64,000 nt of DNA, from the NCBI RefSeq assembly GCF_001447785.1, contig NW_015167060.1:150041-214040 (forward strand). The letters are read 5' to 3'. Position numbers and translations under genes: made by a program. Shown piece after piece: positions 47,601-60,143 of the stretch (position 1 is the first letter of the stretch; every line of letters begins with the position of its first letter). The notes beneath the pieces were generated by a model that worked only from the letters and a program-made list of their open reading frames with translations, did not search any database and was not told the DNA's origin. Source of the stretch: Gekko japonicus (lineage: Eukaryota).

Positions 47601-50600
47601 TCCCGGGTCTTAAGGAGGCTAGGCTGTCGGTGACCAGGACCAGGGTTTCTTGGTGGCGGCTCCAACCTGGTGGAATGAGCTCCCAGAGGAGATCAGGGCC
47701 CTGCGGGACCTTTTACAGTTCTGCAGGGCCTGTAAAACGGAGCTCTTCCACCAGGCTTTTGGGAGCCACTGCCACCACCAATGAAGAACATTGGAGAGGG
47801 CCCTGGAGTCCAGAAACTGCCACCAACAGCCTAAAGAACAAAAAGTACTGCTGGAACAACCAAAACGAATACTGTGAGCTGACAGCAAGCTGAGAACTGT
47901 GAATTATGGCTGCTACTGTTTATGGATAACAACGATCACTAGCACTTTATTATGGTTTTAGAATTGTTTTAATCGTAAATTATGTTTTTAATGTAATTAT
48001 CTGTTTGTAAGCCACCCTGAGCCGGCCTTGCCTGGGAGGGCAGTTTAAAAGTTCAAAATAAATAAATAAATAAATACTTATTAGAGTTATGCATCACCCC
48101 CAACCCCTGACATTTTGTGGTTGACTCTGCCTTTTGCAGTCAGTATTCCAAAGGTGCCCACAAGGTCAAAAATGTCAAGGACCCCTGGTCTAGTAAATTC
48201 TCTGCTGTTCGTAACTCATATTTCTCAGTCTCCCCAAAACAAAATCCCTGGTACTGAAACAAAGTTTAAGTGAAGGCTGGTGGTGAATCAAAACTTGCTC
48301 AAGTAATGTTTACCTCACATTATTAACTGCAGTCTGGATAATCAGATTTCTTAGGGGAGGGAAATCTGATATTCCCTAATGCAGAATTCTAGATTTCTGT
48401 GTAATACATACAGGGAAAGCTACTGGTTTTGAAACCAAGCAGAACATCTTTCTGCCTGCACAGCAGCAGGCTATTCTGACTGCAGTGTGGGTGTTACCAA
48501 AACAAAAAATAATGAGATAAGAAGATATACATTTTGCACCCATTCAGTGGCCAGAGAAAATACGCATTGCATCCATTCATAGTGTCCAGTGCTTCATGAA
48601 TGAGCTCCATGTTGCATGACTAAAAATAGGGTAACATTTCCTCCTGAAAACCTATCTATACAATAAAGGTTTCCCTTGGTCGAAAGCCAGTCGAGTCCGA
48701 CTCTAGGGTTGCGGTGCTCATCTCCGTTTCAAAGTCGAAGAGCCAGCGCTGTCCGAAGACGTTTTCCGTGGTCATATGGCCGGCATGACTAAACAGCAAG
48801 GCGCACGGAACGCTGTTACCTTCCCACCGAAGTGGTACCTATTTATCTACTTGCAATTTATTGCTTTTGAACTGCTAGGTTGGCAGGAGCTGGGGCCAGA
48901 GACGGGAGCTCACTCCGTCATGCGGCAACTCAGGTCTCGAACTGCTGAACTACTGACCTTCGACAGCCTGCAGTTCAGCGTCTTAACCACTTGAGCTACC
49001 CGGTTTGAAATGCCTTAGTTCTCATCTTCTTCTTGAAACTCAAACCTAAGCTGATTGAAATACTCACCCGGTCGATTGCCTTGCCAACCCGAGAAATGCT
49101 ACTATGGATGTCTTTGTGATCTGAAGCTAGATTCTGCACAGTGTCCTTGATCTTCTTACAGCACTGGGACATTACCAGGGACAGTGTGGCAGATAGTGGT
49201 GTCCGTTGTAAGGCTGCAATAGGAGAAAGCATCCATATTTTAAGTGCAGATAGTAGTAGAGTTTATAGGCTCTCCCAACAAAACACTTCCTTGACCACAG
49301 CTGCCATCTGAAAACAGCTTGGTACAACAGTAACCAAAATTTTTTCCCAGATGTTATGAGTAACTTAGATTCAACAGGACCAAATCCAATGTTTTAGGAA
49401 ACTTTCTTGTTGTTCAGTCGCACAGTCGAGTCCGACTCTTCGCGACCCCATGGACCAGATCACGCCAGGCCTTACGGTCTTCCGCCGTCCTCTGAAGTTT
49501 GCTCAACTTCATGCTCGTTGCATCTATGACACTGTCTAACCATCTCATCCTTTGCCGTCCCCGTCTTCTTTGACCCTCAATCTTTCCCAGCATCAGGGTC
49601 TTAGTTTAGGAAACTAGGAAACACATTTTCCCACTGTCTCTATAGAACAAGAGCAGAACTAATTCTAAAAGCCTTACTGCTCACAAATGAATGACAAATA
49701 CCAATCAGAATACAATACAATACAGGTGGAAGAACATCCCAAACAAGCAGGAGACCTATTTCCTCTCTTCCTCTAATCTGCTAGGAGAAAGATCAACAGA
49801 TAGGAAGAGAACTGCTACAGCAGGGGTGGCCAAACTGCGGCTTGGGAGCCACATGCGGCTCTTTCACACATATCGTGTGGCTCCCGTCAGGGTGGCCGGG
49901 AAAGTGAAGGGGAGCCATGCTTTCCCTCCCTCCCATCTATTTGCTTTCTTTGTTTCTCTCTCTCCACCTCTTTCCTTCTTTCTTTTCACCTCTCTTTCTC
50001 TTTCTCTCTGTCTTAGACAAATAAATATCATTAGCAAACAAATATCATTGGAGAAATAAATATCATTATCAATATCTGTTTTTACCCCTTTTGTTTTTAT
50101 TTTTGGTAGTCTCATTTATAATGTTAATAAAAAGCAAATGTGCATATTTTAAAAATAAAAATGTGTGTGATATTTGTTCATGTCTTGCAGCTCTTAAACA
50201 GCTGACATTTATTCTATGTGGCTCTTACACTGAGCAAGTTTGGCCACCCCTATGCTACAGACTCATGTAATACCTCATTCCCAAACCAGCCTACCAATTA
50301 AGACCCTCTTCCCAAGTCTTACTGTCTGTGCCCCCACCTGCAGAGGTGAGACGTGAAGACCAGAGGCAGGGCTTTTTCAGTGTTGGCACTTCACCTTTGG
50401 AATGCTCTCCCCCTTGAGGCTTGTCTGGCATCTGCTTTACTGTCCTTTTTAAGAGAGTTCAAAACTTTTTTATATACCCAAGCTTTTAAATGAGGGATTC
50501 CATCTTTTCAGCTGTGTTCATGGTCTGCTTCTAGGCTGAAGGCTGTTTTCTGAATATTGTTTTAGGCCCCTGAAGGCTGTTTCATGCTGTTTTATGGATT

Positions 50601-51789
50601 ATTCATATTTTTGAATAGAAAATATGCATGAATATGAGGTGCTGTTTTTGAGCCACCTGAAGAAGGTCTGTGGAGAGGCAGCATATATAGGTTTTCTAAA
50701 TAAACAACATCTTCAAGGCCAGACTATTTGAGGTTTATGCTGCAGTCAGGTGCTAAACACTCCCACATCAGGCCAGATTTCCAAGCTCATCACTCCCAAT
50801 CATTCAAAAACACCGGGATTTTTTTAAATAGGAGGCAACGTTTTCGGCAACCCTTTAAAAGAAAAAAAAGATCAAAGAGCATTTGACTTTTTTTCTTAGT
50901 GGGCTTTGGAAAACATTCTAAGGAGACTGCTGTCTCACCTCGCATGATTCTGCTGTCTTCCACCCTCATTATATTGACTTGTATACTGGACACATTTCAG
51001 TCGTGCATAGAGATTGGCCCTGAAGGATATACACTCATGCATCTGAAAGGGTTGCCAACATCAAAGAGCATTTGACTTTTTTTCTTAGCGGGCTTTGGAA
51101 AACCTAAGGAGACCACTGCCTCACCTCGCATGATTTTGCTGTCTTCCACGCTCATTATATTGACTTGTATACTGGACACATTTCAGTCGTGCATAGAGAT
51201 TGGCCCTGAAGGATATACACTCATGCATCTGGCAGTTCAAGACCCGGGTGCCGCATGACGGAGTGAGCTCCCATCTCTAGTTCCAGCTCCTGCCAACCTA
51301 GCAGTTTGAAAGCGAGAAATTGCAAGTAGATAAATAGGGACCACTTCGGTGGGAAGGTAACAGCGTTCCGTGCGCCTTGGTGTTTAGTCATGCCGGGCAC
51401 ATGACCACGGAAACGTCTTCGGACAGCGCTGGCTCTTCGGCTTTGAAACGGAGATGAGCACCGCAACCCTAGAGTCGGATTCGACTGGCTTTCGAGCAAG
51501 GGAACCTTTACCTTTAAGCCTCGATTAAACGGACAGGGGAACACTTTTTTCTCTCCAGGCAATTGGCAACCCGTTTCTACCCAGTCCTTCCCGCCTCCTC
51601 GTTGCCCGTGCCTCCGCCTCCGGGCGGCAGGGGAGAGACGGCCCACGTACCTGCAGTGCTCAGCTCCTCCCTCAGCTGGCTGACGTAAACCAGCAGCTCC
51701 TCCAGGCCTCGCTCGCAATGCTGGCCGTAGCAAAGGAACTTCTGCAGCACTTTGTCCAGCTCCCTCTCCACGCAGGCGCACCGCTCCAT
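41604..51789 (-). CDS. RMND5B: RMND5B, E3 ligase subunit of the CTLH/GID complex; 9 coding exons, 1176 nt = 391 aa
   Basis: [18 protein letters not shown] ... LisH/CTLH/CRA region ... RING-like [64 protein letters not shown]; position between NHP2 and N4BP3 supports paralog B. Confidence 0.95.
42194..42348 (-). CDS. RMND5B: RMND5B exon ([13 protein letters not shown]...INGGK)
   Basis: 155 nt, AG/GT bounded. Confidence 0.94.
42467..42569 (-). CDS. RMND5B: RMND5B exon (FAAGCVALP...KDELP)
   Basis: 103 nt, AG/GT bounded. Confidence 0.93.
42645..42810 (-). CDS. RMND5B: RMND5B exon ([11 protein letters not shown]...ESPLSV)
   Basis: 166 nt, AG/GT bounded. Confidence 0.93.
43181..43347 (-). CDS. 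RMND5B: RMND5B exon (WAIFHRQQL...HLHQQ)
   Basis: 167 nt, AG/GT bounded. Confidence 0.93.
43897..45210 (-). mobile_element. L1-clade LINE 3' fragment (ORF2 C-terminal Cys-rich region), decayed
   Basis: [58 protein letters not shown]; A-rich tail. Confidence 0.75.
45363..45463 (-). CDS. RMND5B: RMND5B exon ([33 protein letters not shown])
   Basis: 101 nt, AG/GT bounded. Confidence 0.93.
45809..45943 (-). CDS. RMND5B: RMND5B exon (NFDADLCG...AEELCQ)
   Basis: 135 nt, AG/GT bounded. Confidence 0.93.
47197..48187. mobile_element. hAT MITE with a nested L2 3' fragment (about 47497-48075, +)
   Basis: 8-bp TSD GTCTAGTA (47189-47196, 48188-48195); internal [16 protein letters not shown] segment and (TAAA)n tail. 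Confidence 0.75.
48665..49003 (-). mobile_element. Sauria SINE
   Basis: Core ...aacgctgttaccttccca..gaagtggtacctatttatctact...; ACCTTT tail on the - strand. Confidence 0.88.
49068..49213 (-). CDS. RMND5B: RMND5B exon ([11 protein letters not shown]...VGKAIDR)
   Basis: 146 nt, AG/GT bounded. Confidence 0.93.
49404..49604 (-). mobile_element. RTE-BovB 3' fragment
   Basis: gtccgactcttcgcgaccccatggac...caatctttcccagcatcagggtctt; TSD TTTAGGAAACT (49393-49403, 49605-49615). Confidence 0.88.
49821..50252. mobile_element. hAT (Charlie-like) MITE
   Basis: TIRs CAGGGGTGGCCAAACT / AGTTTGGCCACCCCTA; 8-bp TSD TGCTACAG. Confidence 0.9.
51231..51516 (+). mobile_element. Sauria SINE, 5'-truncated
   Basis: Same core; ends in ACCTTTACCTTT. 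Confidence 0.88.
51651..51789 (-). CDS. RMND5B: RMND5B first coding exon
   Basis: ATG at 51789; acceptor at 51817 (5'UTR part 51790-51816); donor gtacgt. Confidence 0.92.
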
Positions 51790-51905
51790 TGGCCGGGCCT
51801 GCCTACTCCGCACGACCTGGAGGCGGAAGAAGAGCGTTCAATCAATCGCCGACCCTACGAGGCGCCCTGGCGAGGAGCAGAGGCGCCCAGCCCCCTAGAC
51901 CTCAC

Positions 51906-52200
51906 CGTTTGACACTGGCCGTTCCAACCGGGTGGGTGCTAGAAGAATAGCTGGGGCAGGGCGTGTGACAGAGAAGGGGATGCGTGTCAGGATTGGCTGT
52001 GTGAACATGGCCTCTCGGAGTCTGGAAGTGCCCACGCTGAGAGGGGTAGGACCCCGGAGACGTCTGCTCGCCATAAACAAAAGCTTGGGCTGGAGAAAGA
52101 CTGCCCTCTCGCGAAATCATCCCCTCCCGCTGCAATGGCACTTTCCTTTATTGGTAGGTGTAAGGACTGGACTGAGCTATTTCGAGGAAAGCGGGGTGGA
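51906..52200 (-). promoter_or_regulatory. RMND5B promoter and probable non-coding first exon (donor at 51905)
   Basis: CpG-rich 51570-52120; G/gtgagg donor; CCAAT boxes at 51992-51996 and 52150-52154; TCTCGCGAAA (BANP/M8-like) at 52107-52116. Confidence 0.6.
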
Positions 52201-52834
52201 GAAGGGAGCATAAGGGGAAACTGACCTGAGAGTTGTGAAACGACAATCCCGGAGAACAGGCTGATGTTATATGTTAACGTCCTCTTTCTCCTGATGCAGT
52301 CCTATATGGGTATAAAGTTCTCAAAAGATGGGGCAAACCATTCTCATGTAGATAGGGTGTGCCTGGAATGAACCATAAACTGGTAGCAGCTGGGTGGAAC
52401 AAACCATGTGGCTGTGGTAAATTAGGGGGTGACGTACCGGACTGGAATGAACCATTTTGTAGCGAATCAGAGCTACTTCTGATTCGAGAACACTGTGTGG
52501 AGCCGCAGTGGATGTTAGGCAGTGAGATGGATCAAGTCTCAGAGTTTCCACTGGTGACACAGCCCTGACACCCTTTGCTTAGCTCTTCTGAAGTGCTTTT
52601 GTTAATTTATCAACTTTAGGAGTCATAGGACCCTAGAGGCCTTTAATAGTGTTTAGGTTGCATCCCTATGCATCTTTTTTCCATTTAACTTCTCTAGTGC
52701 ATTCTAGAAGAGACTGTCTCTGAAGATTGTTCAGAAACTTCAGCTGATCCAGAATGTGATGTCCCCGCAGAAGGTGAAGCATATTTAATAGATTAGAGCT
52801 TTGTGGGTCTCTAACCAAATCAAGGAGCTGCTGT

Positions 52835-53163
52835 GGCTTGACGCTGAACTGCAGGCTGTGGAAGGTCGGTAGTTCAGCAGTTCGAGACCCGAGTGTGCCG
52901 CATGGCGGAGTGAGCTCCCGTCTCTAGTTCCAGCTCCTGCCAACATAGCAGTTTGAAAGCAAGAAATTGCAAGTAGATAAATAGGTACCACTTCGGTGGG
53001 AAGGTAACAGCGTTCCATGCGCCTTGGTGTTTAGTCATGCCGGCCACATGACCACGGAAATGTCTTCGGACAGTGCTGGCTCTTCAGCTTGGAAACGGAG
53101 ATGAGCACCGCAACCCTAGAGTCGGATTCAATGGGCTTTCGAGCAAGGGAACCTTTACCTTTA
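52835..53163 (+). mobile_element. Sauria SINE
   Basis: Same core; ends in ACCTTTACCTTT. Confidence 0.88.
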
Positions 53164-53309
53164 ACCGAATCTAAGATGGAGAATGTTGCCATTCCTTGAT
53201 GCTTAGTTTTGAGCCACAACAAAGATGCTGTGAGCAACCTAGATCTAAGCTTTTTTAAGGAAATGTCCGACAGGTATAAGAACTGAGCTCTAAATGAGCC
53301 TGTGTTGCC

Positions 53310-54050
53310 CACCCTTCCTATCTCACTCTGACCTAGCCACAGTGATCCATGCAATGGTCACCTCCAGACTAGATTATGGTAACTTGCTCTATATAGGGCT
53401 ACCCTTGAGGCTGACCTGGAAACTTCAGCTGGTCCAGAATGTGGCAGCGCAGGTCCTTACAGGAACCCCTATCAGAGCCCATATCCAACCATTGCTTCAC
53501 CAGCTGCACTGGCTCCAGATAGAGTACCGGATCAAGTTCGAGATGTTGGTTTTAACCTTTAAAGCCCTTCACAGTCTGGGACCAACATATCTTCGGGACC
53601 ACCTCTCCTGGCATGCCCCCCAAAGAACACTACATTCTTTGAACAACAACACACTGATGATCCCAGGACCAAGGAGTATTCACCTGACTTCAACTAAAGC
53701 TAGAGCCTTTTCAGCTGTAGCTCCAGCTTGGTGGAAAGCACTTCCAAATGAGATCCGGACCCTGCGGGACTTGGTACAGTTCTGTGGGGCCTCTAAAACG
53801 GAAATGTACCACCAAGCATATGGGTGAGGTCGGGAGAATTCCTACCTATACACTCTCTCCTGCCTTCTCCTCTCCTTTTCTTCTCCTGGGTCAGTGTTAT
53901 GGTGTTATTATGTGCCACCTGATACTCTGTAAATGTTTGGAATTGTTTTAAATTGGTTTGTTTTAATTGTATTCTAATTTTGTTATTACATGTTGTGACC
54001 TACTCTGAGCCCCAGGATAGTGAGGGAGAGCAGGATACAAAGCGAATGAA
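53310..54050 (+). mobile_element. L2-clade LINE 3' fragment
   Basis: DLATVIHAMVTSRLDYGNLLYIGLP..LQLVQNVAA..LHWLQIEYRIKF. Confidence 0.88.
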
Positions 54051-54371
54051 CAAACAAGATGATAATTCCATTAGATAGCAGCCTTGGGAATGGCTTCGTC
54101 TTTGTAGAACTCCCTTCCCAGGGAAACCCAGCAGCTCTACACCCTTGACCCGTTTAAGGGCAGTGAAATTTTTTTAAAAACATTGCCAACCTTTTAAGTA
54201 TCTCCTTCTGGATTATGTAGCATACAAATGTATCATTGATTTTGTTTTAACGTTGTTGTATGCCACTTTCGGAACGGTATAGCTAAAAAGTAGTTCTCTA
54301 ACAGAAATAATAAGAATCCAGTTTTGTTCCCAGACTACAGAATCCTAAATTTGGCATGATCTAAGATCTTG

Positions 54372-54562
54372 TGTGTGTAAAGTGCTGTCAAGTCACTGCT
54401 GATCCGTGGCAACCCCAGGAAGGGGCTTTCAAGGCAAGTGAGAAGTAGAGGTAGTTTGCCATTGCTTTCCTCTGCAGAGCCTTCCTTAGTGGTCTCCAAG
54501 TGCTGACCATGCTTAGCTTCTGAGAACTGACAAGATCAGGCTATACCATGCTGCCTTCCCTC
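54372..54562 (-). mobile_element. 5S-derived SINE of a second type; related copy at 58198-58392
   Basis: - strand reads gagggaaggcagcatggtatagcctgatcttgtcagttctcagaagctaagc...; (CA)n-type tail. Confidence 0.6.
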
Positions 54563-57500
54563 AGTAGAACAATCTTATAATTGCATTTATTAACTGTTTC
54601 CGTGTTTGTGGTCTGCAGGGCTGTCAGATTACAGTGTGCTTTACTGGATGGTGTTAATTTTAGTGTACTCAGTACAAGAACCAGGCTTTTCTCCTGGGAC
54701 CTCTTAAATGGTTAATTTCTTTTGGATAAGGAAGAGGCAGCCAATTTCTTCCCTTCCCACTGGCAAACTGCAAGCTCCTCAGGGCAGAGGCTTCTTTTTT
54801 CTAATGTTATTCTATGTGCCATAACATGAGAGAGTCGTGTGGCACTTTAAAGACTATTATTTCATAACCTTTCATGAGCTAGAGCTTGCTTCATCAGATA
54901 CATGACAGTATCCTCTATTAGCAAATACACTTGTCATACTGTAATAATAGCTTCAAGAAGCACTGTCTTCATCGCACTGAGGTTTGGGCCCTCAAAATGT
55001 GTTTTATTCCTTTGACTCCCTCATTAGTGGTCAAGGCTTATAACAGTAATAAAGCTGGAAATACCTAAATACCTAACACTTCATAATTCTGGAGTCTGTA
55101 TGCTTGGGCTGTACAAGGTCAGCAAATCTGGGGAGAGAAACTAATCTCAAGATCCCCTCAGCAGACAGTCTTTTGCCTAGTATAGACAATAAGAATATAC
55201 TAAACTCGAATGAAACACTCAAGGCATCATCTTACTTTTCTGAATTTCTGTCAACTGGGGTAAGATGTACAAAAGCTTTAAAATAAGACAAACATAGCAT
55301 TCCAGTGTAGATGTCTTAAGACAATCTTTCCTTCCTAGTAAATATGTGAATAAAATGTCTTTCACACTTTGACTGGAAGATATGTAGCTTAGTTATACAT
55401 AGTTATGCATAAGGCCTCATGTTTGGTGCTTTGGAGAACTACTGTCAAAGTAGACCCTACTGGACTGTCCTTCATGCCCTCCTAGTTGTCCCTAGGGATG
55501 TTAGAAAGATAGTGGTTTGGTCTTTCCAACTGGTTGGTTGTTTATTGGGACATTTATACCCCCCTTTTATTATTATTATTTTATAATAATAATAATACTT
55601 TCAATTTATTAATCGCTTTCCCCAGTGGGCTCAAAGCGATGTAGTTACACATTTTAGACAGGGGACTAACAATGTTCATAGGGGATAGCGAAGACAAAAT
55701 ATATTCATTTTAATTGCACACGCTGTCACTGCACGGTGTAAACGTCTTCTGGCTTGGCTCAGTCATTTTCTGAACGGCTGCTTGTCGACGAGGCTTCAGG
55801 ACCCATATGTCAAATCGCCACACTGCCACCGCCTGGCTGGAAACATCCACTCCAGGGATTTTTGTAGCCGAGAAGTTCTTCCGCCTTTTCCGAACCTCGA
55901 CCAGGACGTCCCGACCGTCAGCTAACACCCTCCCACAAGGGAGATTGGTGTGCCCACCCTCTCTAAGGAGTGGTTCCCATTTTATCTACTCGCCGAAGCT
56001 TTCGAATCGCTGGGTGAAGGATGAGCTGGGGACAACAGGCTGGTTGCTCACACCAGCGCAGGGCTCGAACTAACACAGTTCGGATGTTAAGACAGTAGGA
56101 TATACCCACTGTGGGAACTCAGTGCAGCTGACAGCATCAGTCTTTCTTCCTTCGTTATACCCTGACAGCAAAACCCTTAATCTTAAATCATTGTTGGGGA
56201 TATTTGTTGTTGTATGCATTTATACAGTATATATTGTGGTTTATGTTAGTTTTGGTATAAGTGACCTTGTGGAGACAAGTGGTTTAAATAAATACATTGA
56301 TCACTGATCTGGTTTGGCAACTTTATGGTCATAATGGCTAGCCCACCTCTGGCATTGTAGTTCTATTAAAATTTGGTTGGACTGCTTGGGGGGCAGTCAA
56401 AATAACTTTGGCCTATGCACAACAATTGGGCATATGGGGGGAGGAACTCTGTACAAAAACACCTGCTTGTTTCCCTTGTACTAAAGATTTAGGTGAATCA
56501 ACAGCCAATCTGCCTCTTGGACAGAGGCCAAAGTGATGGAAGTAACAGGAGACAACTTATGGCAAATGTGGCTTGGCTTGGGACAAGAAATCTTCAGTGT
56601 CCGAGTATTTGCTGTTTATAAGATGGAAAGGGGGATGGTGATTGATGTACACCTATAGATCTGGAAAACTGAGCAAGCATCCCGATAATCAGGAAGAATC
56701 CTCATGGCAAGACAGACTAAAAGAGAAATGCTGGATATAACATCATGCCTGAGGGAAAGGGCCTGAAATTGGGTAAGACATGTAAAGGGGAAGCCAGAGT
56801 AACATGCCTGTCTGCATGGTAGGAGAGGCCATGGAGACCAGGTTTCTGGGCTTGAGGCCAAAGAGGTGAAGTTGCTGTTAGAGGCTTTTGGCGGAAAGGC
56901 CCCAGATGGCTGCAGGGGCCCAGGGTGCTTGAGCTCTCCAAGGGTTTTTGGATCACAGCCTTGTAGCACTGTAGCCTTGCTCATATCAGTGGCACCTGCC
57001 AGGGCCCCAGCTGCTTAGAGGGAATGAATCAGTCTCCTGGAATTCAGGAAACTGGTTTGTCTGGCAGCCCTAAGAGGTGGACACTCCCGCTTCTTCTTGC
57101 GACGCCTCGACTCTTCCCTGTGGCATCTGAGCCAGCAGCTTGGTTTCTGGCTCTGCTGCCAAGTTTTGGTGCCGCCCTCTGTTGGGTTGTTCTTCACCTC
57201 CCCACAATTCTAATTGATGGGTGGAAACCTGCTGCAGGGTTTTTGGAGTGAGGCGCCAACAGAGTCCTGGACTGGCGTGGGCACAGTGAAACAAACAAAC
57301 TATTTCAACAGCCAGCTGTCCTACAAGAAAAACGAGCCTGGCCGTAGCAGTTTCCTAGGACCAAGGGAGTCAAATCCAGCTTGACTGCTAGGAAGCACAT
57401 CCCCTTTCCTGGGGTTGTGCTGTTATGCAGTCCTTTTTCATCATTCATTAAGCTGGCCAGGCCCATGGCTTTTTGCGGGTGGCTTGGACACTGGCCATGT

Positions 57501-58419
57501 ACATATCATAACTATTCAATAATGGCATTAGATTTCTAGAGGTGATAGGGAGGTGACAGTGAAGTTCAGCTAACTTATCAGATGAATAAATTATCAAAAG
57601 CTTAGATGCTTCAGCTCCACTATAATTTAGAGAGGATTTTGCAGGGAAGGACCTGCAAACCGTGAATTGTTACATAGGACTGGATCCTTCCATACCCAGC
57701 AAAGGTACTTGCTCCAATAAAATGCATAAAATCAGCTATCAGGCAGTCTGCTTTCTAATTTAGAAAACTGATTGCTGCAAACAGCGATACTGCCATGGTT
57801 AACCTCCAAGCATGGTATTGATGGCAACAAACAAACCAGGTCAGCTATTGCAGCAGGGATCACAGAGAAAAAGCAAGTGATGCAGCTGAGTACCACAAGA
57901 CTCCTTTCAACCAGAACGCCATACATACCTGAAGAGCCATCAGGGATAAGAACCAATCACAGCAACGTCATTTAAGAGGGCTCTCCGCTCCAGGATTGAT
58001 GCACTATATTGGGTGGTGGCAGTCCAAAAGCAACATGCTTTAAGGGAGTTGATAATATCTTTGCACTGGGAACTTATGAAAACAGGTCTTTGGCTTCACT
58101 CCCTCAATTACTTGAACAACATTCTCCTCTGTGGTGAATAAGGATGGAGGTATCATACTCTTGCAGAAGGCCTTACCAACTTACTGTTCTCTCTGTATGT
58201 GTGTAAAAGTACCACCAAGTTGCAGCCAACTTATGGCAACCCCAGCAAGGAGTTTTCAAAGTGAGAAGCAGAGGTGGTTTGCCATCGCTTTCCTCCGCAG
58301 AGTCTTTCTTGGTGGTCTCCTGTCCAAGTACTAACCCTGCTTAGATTCTGAGAACTGACACAATCAGGCTATACCATGCCACCTTCCCTCCCAATGTATC
58401 ACTACCATTCTTAAATTCA

Positions 58420-58457
58420 TTTATTTCACAGACATTATACATGTCTATATCTTTATT
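58420..58457 (-). terminator. Candidate N4BP3 poly(A) signals (two AATAAA)
   Basis: tttatt at 58420-58425 and 58452-58457, with TGTACA upstream on the - strand. Confidence 0.4.
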
Positions 58458-59420
58458 TGTACAGCACACATCTTGATCCGACATGTAAAGATAAGTGTGC
58501 CTAATTGGGATCAGGATGAGAGTTCAGCCTTGCACTGCCCTTACCAGCAAGAGCTTTTCTAAAACTCAGGGAGAAGGTGCAGATGGCAGGCACCACAACA
58601 TGACATGGGAAGAAGCAGGGAAGACCCTGCTAGCTAGCTAGCAGCAGCAGCTGAGTAAAGATCTGTCTGAATCTGTTTCTCCTTTGCTCACAGGCACTAA
58701 GCGTTTATATCCCACTTTTCTCCCCGATGGGGTTATAGTGGCTTACATCATTCTCTCCGACCCTGCTAGCTAGCTAGCAGCAGCAGCAGCAGCAGAGTAA
58801 AGATCTGTCTGAATCACACGTACTAAACGTTTATACCCCACTTTTCTCCCCGATGGGGTTATAGCGGCTTACATCATTCTCCCCCCCTTCCATTTTATCC
58901 TCACAACAGCCTTGTGAGGTAAGTTAGGCTGAGGGAGAGTGGCTGGGCCAAGGTCACCCAGCAAGATTCTGTGGCAGAGTGAGGATCTGAGCTTCAGTAT
59001 CCCCAGAGCCTACTCCAGCACTCTGATCACTACATCATGTTGACCTGGGCTTGTGCCAGTGGAAGCCACAGGGCTCTCGGCCTGAGGTTCTTACTTTAAA
59101 TCTGCACGGAAGATCTGCTAGCAGGGAGAAAGACCTGCTCTGCATTCCAAAGACTTCCCCCCTCCTGTTTTGTATAGTAAACCACTTTGGGTCCCCTTTT
59201 GGGAGAAAAATGGGATATAAATAAATAATTTTCCCCTTCTCAGAGCACCACCACTATAGGTTCCTTGTTTGGTTTAAAGATAGATGCACCCTAAAACCTC
59301 CCTTTCAACACTACCACCAGGGACAGAGCATTCAACCTTCCTGCTATATATGCATGGCGCCACATCCTACTGTGCTGGCTGACTGGCTTGTGCAAAACTG
59401 TAAGAACAGATTGCAGAGCA

Positions 59421-60143
59421 ACTTAGCTTGCATGTAATCTTTTGTGAACATCCGCTAGAGTGTGAATGTGATGGCTTACAGTGCCAGGAGCAGAAAAGAG
59501 AAAGCAACAGTCATGGAACCAGAAGTGTCAGACATAATTTTATTCCAGGAGTTGCCAGGAAGAGCTTCTACTTTATGGCTCATAACTCTGGCTAGGACCT
59601 TCAAATCTAGAACTGGGGCACCAAGCAGCAACCAAACAGAAGGTGCCCACAGCCCCTGTACTCACTCATTGCCAATAGAGAAACACTAGACCAAGCACAC
59701 ATGGCATTGGCCCATGGCCTTTGGGGTGGCTGGGCCCAAGAGTCTGGCCTCTGTTGAGTTTGTGTGTCATACAATACAAGTCATTACTTAGCTTGCATGT
59801 AATCTTTTGTGAACATCCGCTAGAGTGTGAATGTGATGGCTTACAGTGCCAGGAGCAGAAAAGAGAAAGCAACAGTCATGGAACCAGAAGTGTCAGACAT
59901 AATTTTATTCCAGGAGTTGCCAGGAAGAGCTTCTACTTTATGGCTCATAACTCTGGCTAGGACCTTCAAATCTAGAACTGGGGCACCAAGCAGCAACCAA
60001 ACAGAAGGTGCCCACAGCCCCTGTACTCACTCATTGCCAATCGAGAAACACTAGACCAAGCAGACATGGCATTGGCCTTTGGGGTGGCTGAGCCCAAGAG
60101 TCTGGCCTTTGTGGAGTTTGTGTGTCATACAATACAAGTCATT
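59421..60143. repeat. Two-copy 365-bp tandem duplication in the presumed N4BP3 3'UTR
   Basis: Units 59421-59785 and 59786-60143; explains the identical ORFs at 59462 and 59827. Confidence 0.95.

Noticed and set aside
56300-58100. Short ORFs between RMND5B and N4BP3
   Set aside because: No splice-consistent structure or recognisable protein similarity
59462-60054. Two identical 75-aa ORFs as a gene pair
   Set aside because: By-product of the 365-bp duplication; antisense to the N4BP3 UTR, with no recognisable domain
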